A stretch of 64,000 bases of DNA from contig CAZSOZ010000002.1 of assembly GCA_964608675.1 (NCBI GenBank), forward strand, positions 32,001-96,000, in the 5' to 3' direction. Position numbers and translations under genes: made by a program. This stretch comes from an uncultured archaeon. Its GTDB lineage: Archaea > Iainarchaeota > Iainarchaeia > Iainarchaeales > 1-14-0-10-31-34. Below the pieces are notes generated by a model. That model did not search any database. It was not told the DNA's origin and worked only from the letters and a program-made list of their open reading frames with translations. Shown here piece after piece: positions 56,852 through 64,000 of the stretch (position 1 is the stretch's first letter; every line of letters begins with the position of its first letter).

Positions 56852-57466
56852 ATGAATTCAAAACAAAAAGAACTTCAAAAAAGAATTTTTTTTGCAAAAA
56901 AGCATTCTTCGCGTGAAAAAGAAAAAATCATTCAGAAAGTTTTACAGCAGAAACAAAAATTTGGAATTGATTTTGTTGTAAACAATATTTCCCCTGAAGC
57001 AAGAAAACTTTATTCTTTAAGCAGTCAGGTTTCAATGTACATTCATAAAGCAGAATCATTTATCAGATTAAAACAATTAAAAGAAACTTTAATTGGAAAA
57101 GCGTTTTTTGATTTTCCTGTTGCTGAAATCGTTGCAAGGCATTTTATTCAGCGTTTTCCAAACAAAAAAATCATTATTGTTGACGAAAATTTGAATAAGG
57201 CTTTTGTCTCTGAAGGAAACCGAATTCTCTGCTCTGATGCAAAAGAATTCCGTGACTTGTTCAATTCAATTGATGAAACAGTTTCAAACAAAGAACTTGA
57301 ATCATTGTTCTCTGTTTTTTATGGTTCCCAGGTAATAGAAGAAAGGCGCAATAGAAAGTATGCTTTGCGCATGATGCCAAAAAAATATTGGAAAAATTTT
57401 AGTTTGCGTGAAGCAAAAAAAGTGGATAAAGGTTTTTACAAAGGAAATTTATTTGATTTCTGCTAG
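56852..57466 (+). CDS. DUF4130 (TIGR03915-like) partner protein
   Basis: HKAESFIR; HFIQRF; IVDE; RMMPKKYWKN. Confidence 0.82.
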   Translation: MNSKQKELQKRIFFAKKHSSREKEKIIQKVLQQKQKFGIDFVVNNISPEARKLYSLSSQVSMYIHKAESFIRLKQLKETLIGKAFFDFPVAEIVARHFIQRFPNKKIIIVDENLNKAFVSEGNRILCSDAKEFRDLFNSIDETVSNKELESLFSVFYGSQVIEERRNRKYALRMMPKKYWKNFSLREAKKVDKGFYKGNLFDFC

Positions 57467-58096
57467 CTTTTTCTTTCCAAAATTGCATTCCTTGTTTAAT
57501 AAACAAATTTCACATTTAGGATTAACCGGAAGGCATTTTTTTTGCCCAAATTTAACCATTAAATCATTCAATTCAATCCATTTGTTTTTTGGAAAAACTT
57601 TCATTAATTTTATTTCACTTTCTTCAGGTGTTCTGGTTTTAATTAATCCAATTCTGTTTGAAATTCTGTGAACATGAACATCCACAGGAATAGCTGGAAC
57701 TTTGAATGAATACACAAGAACACAGTTGGCTGTCTTTCTTCCAACTCCCTTTAATGAAACAAGTTCTTCAAGTGAATCAGGAACCTTGCCTCCAAACTTT
57801 TCATTTAATTCTATTGCAATGTTTTTGATTGTTTTTGCTTTAACCCGATAAAATCCTGCAGGCTTAATCAATAATTCAATTTTTTTTATTGGAGCATTAG
57901 CAAGTTTTTTTGCTGAAGGAAATTCTGCAAACAATTGTTTTGATGCTTTTACAGTGTTTTCATCTCTTGTTCGCTGACTCAACACAGTTGAAATCAAAAC
58001 TTTAAACGAAGTATTAAAGCCGACAACAGGTTTATGAAAGCCAACTTCTTTATGCAAAAGCCTGAGAATTAAATTAATGTTTTTTTTTGCTTTCAT
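57449..58096 (-). CDS. nth: Endonuclease III
   Basis: LSQRTRD; LKGVGRKTAN; VDVHVHR; C-x6-C-x2-C-x5-C. Confidence 0.95.
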   Translation of the reverse strand: MKAKKNINLILRLLHKEVGFHKPVVGFNTSFKVLISTVLSQRTRDENTVKASKQLFAEFPSAKKLANAPIKKIELLIKPAGFYRVKAKTIKNIAIELNEKFGGKVPDSLEELVSLKGVGRKTANCVLVYSFKVPAIPVDVHVHRISNRIGLIKTRTPEESEIKLMKVFPKNKWIELNDLMVKFGQKKCLPVNPKCEICLLNKECNFGKKKLAEIK

Positions 58097-58115
58097 TTTT
58101 TTTCAATTAATTTTT

Positions 58116-58868
58116 TTAAATCAAGTTTTCTTTTATGTAATTGACTCCGTTTCTGAAAACTGAAATTCCTTCGCCTTCAAACGGAAGCTGAATTCTTGTG
58201 CTTCTGGGATCACAAAAAGAATAAGTGTTTTTTTCTGGATGAGGCATTAAACCAAAAATTCTTCCTGTTGAATCGCAGATTCCAGCAATTGAATCAACTG
58301 AACCATTCGGATTTTTTTCGTATTTAAAAACAACGCGGTTTTTTTCGTAAAGTGTTTTTAATGTTTCTTCAGGCATCACCAGTTTTCCTTCTCCGTGGTT
58401 TATTGGACAATAAATTGATTCAATTCTTTTAGTCCAAACGCAATGGTTTCCGCCGGATTTTTTTATGGTAATCCATTCATCCTGAAAATGCCCTGAATCA
58501 TTTGAAATCAAACTGATTTCCTGTTTAAAAAGTTCATCCGAAGCATTCAACAAACCTGATTTAACTAAAGCCTGAAATCCATTGCATATTCCTAAAATTA
58601 ATTTTTGTTGTTCTAAAAATTCTTCAATTTCTTTTCTTAAATTAAATGCAAGCTTGTTTGCAAGAATTTTGGCAGAAGAAATATAGTCTCCGTCTGCAAA
58701 ACCTCCAGGCAAAACCAAAGCATGAAAATCCTGCAGTAAAATTTCTTTTCTTTCTAAAGAATTAATATGAACAGCTTTTGCTTCTGCTTGCAAATAATTA
58801 AATACATTAACTGTTTCTGCATCACAGTTTGTTCCTGCTGTCCTCAAAACTAAAATTTTCGGCTTCAT
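58116..58868 (-). CDS. purQ: FGAM synthase glutaminase subunit
   Basis: GTNCD; PGGF; GICNGFQ; HGEG; NPNGS; MPHPE. Confidence 0.96.
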   Translation of the reverse strand: MKPKILVLRTAGTNCDAETVNVFNYLQAEAKAVHINSLERKEILLQDFHALVLPGGFADGDYISSAKILANKLAFNLRKEIEEFLEQQKLILGICNGFQALVKSGLLNASDELFKQEISLISNDSGHFQDEWITIKKSGGNHCVWTKRIESIYCPINHGEGKLVMPEETLKTLYEKNRVVFKYEKNPNGSVDSIAGICDSTGRIFGLMPHPEKNTYSFCDPRSTRIQLPFEGEGISVFRNGVNYIKENLI

Positions 58869-58873
58869 TTTTT

Positions 58874-61279
58874 TCACCAATTCAATGTTTTTTTCCAGGC
58901 ATTTTTTAATTCATTTAACTCTAAATCAATAATTTTTTCTGCGTTTAATCCAGTTACTTCCAAATAATTTTTGTCTGTTACTCTGCCGATTTCACAATAA
59001 ATGCTTCCCTGCATTTTCTTTTCAAATTCATCCCTGAATTTATATGGAACTTCAACTAAAATCCTTGAATTAGATTCAGAAAACAATAAAACCGCATTAG
59101 TTTTTTTGTCTTCGTTTCCTTCAAAAAAAACTTTCCTTAAATCAATTTGTGCTCCAAGCATGCCTCCAAAAGCCATTTCAGCTAATGCAACTGCAAGGCC
59201 TCCTTCACTGCAATCATGCATTGAACGAATAATTCTTTCCTCGTTTTTTTCTCCAATTAAACTTAATTCAGATAATCCTTCATAAGCTTTTAATGCTTCT
59301 ATTGCATTCACTTCAGGAACATTTTTTCCTGTTTTATTATGCAGTTTAAGAAAATGGCTTCCGCCTAACTCATTTCTTGTTGCTCCAACCAAAAAAATCA
59401 CATTGTCTTTTTCTTTAAAATCCATAGAAATCCTTTTTTGTGCGTCAGGCATTACTCCTAAAGCAGAAATCAACAAAGTAGAAGGAATAGAAATAGTTTT
59501 GTCATTTAATTTGAATTCATTATAAAAAGAATCCTTGCCTGAAATAAAAGGAGTTCCAAAAGCAATTGCAAAATCTCTGCATGCAAAAGAACTCCTCACC
59601 AATTCAGCCAGCTTTTCTTTTGTTGGAGAACTCCAACAAAAATTATCAAGCAAAGCAATATGATTCATTTGAGCTCCAACACAAATTAAATTTCTTACTG
59701 CTTCATCTATTGCGCTTGCAGACATCCAGTAAGAGTCAATGTCTCCATACAAAGGATTAATTCCGTTGGAAACAGCAATTCCTTTCTTTGAATCAAACAA
59801 AGGCTTTATAACTGAAGCATCGCTTGGACTGTCGTTTTCTTTTCCCATTAAAGGCTTAATAACAGAAGTTCCCTGAACTTCATGGTCATACTGCCTTATT
59901 GTTGTTTCCTTTGAAGCAATATTCGGCATTGCAAGCAGTTTCAATAAAATTTGATTAAAATCAGAAGGCTCATTAAATTCTTCTTTCAAGTTTTTTTCTT
60001 TCCATTCTGCTTCCCAAATGCATTTAGGCAGAGCGTTATGCAAAAAACTCATTTCCAAGTCAATTATTTTTTGTTCTTCAAAAAAAACCTCTAATTTTTT
60101 TGAGTCAGTGAATTCTCCTAAAACAACTGCTTCAACATCTTCTTTAGAGCATAATTCAATAAACTCTTTTTCATTTTCTTGCGGAACAGCTAAAATCATT
60201 CTTTCCTGTGATTCACTTACCCATATTTCCCACGGTTTTAATCCCTTATACTTCAAAAGAGCTTTCTCTAAATGAACTACTGCTCCGGTTTCTTCTGCTA
60301 TTTCGCCTATTGCAGAACTAAAACCTCCTGCCCCACAGTCAGTAATGCAATTATATAATTTTTTGTCTCTTGCCTGCAAAAGCACGTCCATCATTTTTTT
60401 TTCTTCAATAGGATTTCCTATTTGCACGGCAGTTGAAGCAGTTTCTTCTGTTAATTCAGCTGAAGAAAAAGTTGCGCCATGAATTCCATCTCTGCCAGTT
60501 CTTCCTCCAACCACAACAATTTTGTTTCCTTTTTCAGCTTTCTTTTTATGCATTCCTTTAGGAATTAAACCAATTGTACCGCAGTACACTAAAGGATTCC
60601 CCAAATACCTGTCGTCAAACAATATTGCTCCATTAATAGTGGGAATTCCCATTCTGTTTCCGTAATCCCTTACTCCAGCTCTTACTCCCTTAAAAATTCT
60701 TTTAGGGTGTAGTAAGTTTTCAGGAATTTTATTTCTTTCTGCTTCAAAATCTCCAAAACAAAAAACATCAGTGTTGGCAACAGGTTTTGCTCCCAATCCA
60801 ACACCCAAAATATCTCTTATAACTCCCCCTATTCCTGTGTTAGCTCCTCCATAGGGATCCAAAGCAGAAGGATGATTATGGGTTTCAACTTTAAAAGCTG
60901 TATCAAAGTTTTCATTAAAAGAAATTATTCCAGCGTTATCAGAAAAAACTGAAACCAGCCAGCCCTTGTTTTTGCTAATCCTGTTTGTAGCTGTCTTAAT
61001 TGTTTCTCTAAACAAGTTTTCAATTCTTTTTTCTTTTGTGTCTCCATTCAAAAAAACTTCCCTGTAATTAAAAGCAGAATTAAATATTTTATGTTTGCAG
61101 TGCTCACTCCAAGTTTGCGCTAAAGTTTCAAGTTCTGCCTGAGAAGGATTCATTTTTTTTTCTTTAAAATACTTTTGAATTACTTTCATTTCATTTTCAT
61201 TCAAAGACAAAAGCATTCTTTTGCTTAAATCCATTAACTCTTTATCATTTAAACCAATTAATTTAATTTCATTTTCCAT
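58874..61279 (-). CDS. purL: FGAM synthase subunit
   Basis: WSEHCKH; KVETHNHPS; DCGAGG; SESQERM; HDCSEGG. Confidence 0.97.
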   Translation of the reverse strand: MENEIKLIGLNDKELMDLSKRMLLSLNENEMKVIQKYFKEKKMNPSQAELETLAQTWSEHCKHKIFNSAFNYREVFLNGDTKEKRIENLFRETIKTATNRISKNKGWLVSVFSDNAGIISFNENFDTAFKVETHNHPSALDPYGGANTGIGGVIRDILGVGLGAKPVANTDVFCFGDFEAERNKIPENLLHPKRIFKGVRAGVRDYGNRMGIPTINGAILFDDRYLGNPLVYCGTIGLIPKGMHKKKAEKGNKIVVVGGRTGRDGIHGATFSSAELTEETASTAVQIGNPIEEKKMMDVLLQARDKKLYNCITDCGAGGFSSAIGEIAEETGAVVHLEKALLKYKGLKPWEIWVSESQERMILAVPQENEKEFIELCSKEDVEAVVLGEFTDSKKLEVFFEEQKIIDLEMSFLHNALPKCIWEAEWKEKNLKEEFNEPSDFNQILLKLLAMPNIASKETTIRQYDHEVQGTSVIKPLMGKENDSPSDASVIKPLFDSKKGIAVSNGINPLYGDIDSYWMSASAIDEAVRNLICVGAQMNHIALLDNFCWSSPTKEKLAELVRSSFACRDFAIAFGTPFISGKDSFYNEFKLNDKTISIPSTLLISALGVMPDAQKRISMDFKEKDNVIFLVGATRNELGGSHFLKLHNKTGKNVPEVNAIEALKAYEGLSELSLIGEKNEERIIRSMHDCSEGGLAVALAEMAFGGMLGAQIDLRKVFFEGNEDKKTNAVLLFSESNSRILVEVPYKFRDEFEKKMQGSIYCEIGRVTDKNYLEVTGLNAEKIIDLELNELKNAWKKTLNW

Positions 61280-61283
61280 TTTT

Positions 61284-61751
61284 TCACTTTTTGATTTCTT
61301 TTATTTCAAAAGATTCAATTATTTCGTTTGCAAGAAAATTCCTGCAAATTCGGTTTATTTCTTCTTTTGTTATTCCGGAAAAAAAATATTTTTTTGATGT
61401 TTTAATTGACTCGTTTTCAGCAAAATTTCTTTTAAGCAAATCTTTTACTCCGGTCATTGCTGCATTTCCTTCATTGTCTGTTGTTCCAGGCAAAAGCTTT
61501 ATTTCAGCTGTCCAGTCAGCATTAATTTCTGTATCAGAATTAATTTTATAGTCTTCTACTACAGGATCAGCAAAAAGACTTGAAGCAGTTTTTTTGAGTT
61601 CTTCTTCTGATAATTCTGCATTAACATAATAACATTTAATTATTTTCAGGGAATCCAGTTTAATTCCCAAATCAAACAAAACATCATTTTTTATTGCTCT
61701 TGCCTCAGAATCATTTTCTTTTTCTTTAAAAAACACTTCAATTTTATTCAT
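61284..61751 (-). CDS. purS: FGAM synthase PurS-like protein (tandem domains)
   Basis: FADPVVE; LLPGTTDNEG; LANEIIE; upstream of purL. Confidence 0.8.
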   Translation of the reverse strand: MNKIEVFFKEKENDSEARAIKNDVLFDLGIKLDSLKIIKCYYVNAELSEEELKKTASSLFADPVVEDYKINSDTEINADWTAEIKLLPGTTDNEGNAAMTGVKDLLKRNFAENESIKTSKKYFFSGITKEEINRICRNFLANEIIESFEIKEIKK

Positions 61752-61787
61752 TTTTTTTCCTCAAATAGTTTAAGATAACAGCTTTTT

Positions 61788-62456
61788 TTATTTTGTTTGC
61801 TTTTCTGTTATTTTCCAGATTTCCTGATGAATTTCATTTTTTGATTTAAGTTTTTCTTTTGAAACACAGTCAATTTTAATCCAGTTTTCTTCTTTTTTGC
61901 ATAACTCCAAAAAAATTTCTCTTGTTTTTTTTTGGAAAATTAAATCTTTTTCATGAATATCCTTTTTTTCTTTCATGTAATTCTTTTGCTTTCTTGACTC
62001 CATTAATTTCTGAGAAAATTCAATTGGAACATCTAAAAAAAACACTAAATCAGGGGAAGGCATTCCAGCTTCAATTTTTTTAAGCCAATCCAAAAACTCA
62101 TGCTTTTTTTGTCTGCTTTCAAATTTTGCTGTCTGAAAACCAAAATTAGAAGTATAATATCTGTCCATTAACAAAACAAAACCTTTTTCTAAAAGTTCTT
62201 TGATTTCATTTTTTATTTCATATCTATCCAAAGAATAAAGCAAAGAAACAAATTCTTCAGAAAGCTCTTCTTTTTTTCCAAGTTCTCCCTTCAAATATTT
62301 TGCAATCAGTTTTCCAAAAAAAGATTCATACCTGGGAAAAGAAAAAATTTTTGTTTTAATTCCTTTTTCTTTGAGTTTTTCTGCAAGAATTGCGGTTTGA
62401 GTGGCTTTTCCGCTTGAATCAAGGCCTTCAAAAACAATAATTTTTCCTTTGTTCAT
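61788..62456 (-). CDS. tmk: Thymidylate kinase
   Basis: FEGLDSSGKATQ; SFPRY; MDRYYTSN; PDLVFFLD. Confidence 0.93.
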   Translation of the reverse strand: MNKGKIIVFEGLDSSGKATQTAILAEKLKEKGIKTKIFSFPRYESFFGKLIAKYLKGELGKKEELSEEFVSLLYSLDRYEIKNEIKELLEKGFVLLMDRYYTSNFGFQTAKFESRQKKHEFLDWLKKIEAGMPSPDLVFFLDVPIEFSQKLMESRKQKNYMKEKKDIHEKDLIFQKKTREIFLELCKKEENWIKIDCVSKEKLKSKNEIHQEIWKITEKQTK

Positions 62457-62513
62457 GCTTTTATTATTAAGAAAACAATTTTTTAATCTTTTATTACTCT
62501 AAATATCATTTAA

Positions 62514-63824
62514 ATGAACAAAAAACAAAAAGAAATGGAATACCTAAATTTTTTGTTTTCTTCCCACAAGCTTGGAACAAAATTAGGTTTGGAAAGAATT
62601 TCTTTTTTATTAAAAGAATTAGGAAGCCCTCAATACAAATTCAAAACCATTCATATTGCAGGAACAAACGGAAAAGGATCAAACGTAGAATTAATCAGCC
62701 GGATTTTAATAGAACACGGCTTCAAGACAGCGGCCTATATTTCTCCTCACATAAAAAAATTCAGTGAAAGAATAAAAATCAACGAAAAAGAAATTTCAGA
62801 CAAAGACTTAATTAAAGAAATCAAAAAAATAAAAAAAATCATTGAAAAAAAACAAAAAATCGATTCATCTTTTCAGCCAACTTTTTTTGAATTCAGTGTA
62901 GCAATAGCCTACAATTATTTTGCAAGAAAAAAAGTTGATTATGCGGTAATTGAAACAGGATTAGGCGGAAGACTTGATGCAACCAATTTACTTAAACCAG
63001 AAATATGCATTATAACAAACATTTCAAAAGAACACACAAATTATTTAGGAGACACAATTGAAAAAATTGCAGGAGAAAAAGCTGAAATAATAAAACCAAA
63101 TTCAATTGCAGTAACCGGAGAAACAAAAAAGAATGTTCTTCAAATAATCAGAAAAAAAGCAAAAAAAGAAAACGTTAAATTATTTGAAGCAGAAAAAGAA
63201 TGCACTGCAACAAATTATTCTTTTTCTTTATTAAAACAAAAATTTGATTTAAAAGTTCAAAACAAAAAAATAAAAGGAATAGAATTATCTATGCTGGGCA
63301 AATTTCAATTAAAAAATGTTTTCACTGCAGTTCTGACAGTAAAAAAACTTGCAGAAAAAAACAATTTTTCTTTCAGCAAAACAAAAACAAAAAAAGGCCT
63401 GAAAAAAGCGTTTGTTCCCGGAAGATTTCAGTTAATAAACAAAAATCCTTTGATTGTATTTGATGCAGGCCACAATCCAGCCTGCTTTAAAAAAATAAAA
63501 GAAACCCTTCAAATAATGAAGAAAAAAAAATTATACAAAAAACTTATAATTTTGATTGCTTTGTCTTCAGACAAAGAAATAGAAAAAATCAGTAAAATAA
63601 TTTTTCCTTTGGCTTCAAAAATAATTATTACTCAAGCAAAATACAGAGGAATGGAACTCGAAAAAATTGCAGGGCATGCAGACAAATACAAAAAAGGTTA
63701 CATTGGCTTTTATGATTCAGACGAAGCATTTGATTTTGCTTTAACTGAAACAGAAAAAAAAGATTTGCTTTTAGCAGTAGGCTCAATTTTCTTTTTAGGA
63801 GAAATTAACGTTGACTTTGTTTAA
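62514..63824 (+). CDS. folC: Folylpolyglutamate synthase/dihydrofolate synthase
   Basis: HIAGTNGKGS; SPH; ETGLGGRLDATN; PGRFQ; DAGHNP; GSIF. Confidence 0.95.
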   Translation: MNKKQKEMEYLNFLFSSHKLGTKLGLERISFLLKELGSPQYKFKTIHIAGTNGKGSNVELISRILIEHGFKTAAYISPHIKKFSERIKINEKEISDKDLIKEIKKIKKIIEKKQKIDSSFQPTFFEFSVAIAYNYFARKKVDYAVIETGLGGRLDATNLLKPEICIITNISKEHTNYLGDTIEKIAGEKAEIIKPNSIAVTGETKKNVLQIIRKKAKKENVKLFEAEKECTATNYSFSLLKQKFDLKVQNKKIKGIELSMLGKFQLKNVFTAVLTVKKLAEKNNFSFSKTKTKKGLKKAFVPGRFQLINKNPLIVFDAGHNPACFKKIKETLQIMKKKKLYKKLIILIALSSDKEIEKISKIIFPLASKIIITQAKYRGMELEKIAGHADKYKKGYIGFYDSDEAFDFALTETEKKDLLLAVGSIFFLGEINVDFV

Positions 63825-63895
63825 TTTTTCAACAAGTTTAAAAATTCTTGCATTATTAATTTTCTTATAAACTTTTTGGCCAGGTGAATTAAAAA

Positions 63896-64000
63896 ATGAA
63901 AATTAATTTAAGAAAGTTGATTACAGTAAAAAGAATAATGTTTTTTGCATTATTTGCAGTTCTTGTTTTAATTGCAAAACAAATCAATTTTTCTGCTTTA
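63896..64000 (+). CDS. Membrane protein, truncated by the window end
   Basis: GGTGA SD; MKINLRKLITVKRIMFFALFAVLVLIAKQINFSAL open to the edge. Confidence 0.6.
   Translation, partial: MKINLRKLITVKRIMFFALFAVLVLIAKQINFSAL

Noticed and set aside
1-64000. CRISPR array, transposase, integrase or provirus
   Set aside because: No regularly spaced repeats or mobile-element genes were seen; DUF2080 alone does not indicate a transposon
1-64000. Alternative genetic code suggested by the decoding-centre changes
   Set aside because: Conserved genes are full length under the standard code and end in TAA, TGA or TAG

Overview
AT-rich archaeal chromosome segment. TFB, FEN-1, eL33/eL40/eS32, Dph5 and archaeal-type rRNAs place it in Archaea, and it is most consistent with a DPANN lineage such as Diapherotrites/Iainarchaeota (inference). 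It holds a minus-strand 16S-tRNA-Ala-23S operon (no 5S or introns seen), tRNA-Glu, a complete his operon with an AbrB/MraZ-ACT regulator, purSLQ, folC, tmk, iscSU, scpA/scpB, ahcY, DNA repair genes and a surface-protein cluster. Main leads: (1) a minimal H-domain-only [FeFe]-hydrogenase head-to-head with a solitary ECF S-component-like membrane protein, with no maturases in the window, possibly a cofactor-scavenging module; (2) rRNA substitutions at normally invariant peptidyl-transferase and decoding positions, plus an ArmA/Rmt-like m7G1405 methyltransferase whose own 16S lacks G1405; (3) a radical SAM/DUF4130 pair with PCNA PIP-box-like tails; (4) several standalone Lys-rich microprotein genes; (5) a collapsed tetraether-synthase-like pseudogene; (6) a His-codon leader ORF and MraZ-type repeats ahead of the his operon. 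All calls come from reading motifs by eye. No searches were run, and E. coli rRNA numbering was assigned by manual alignment.
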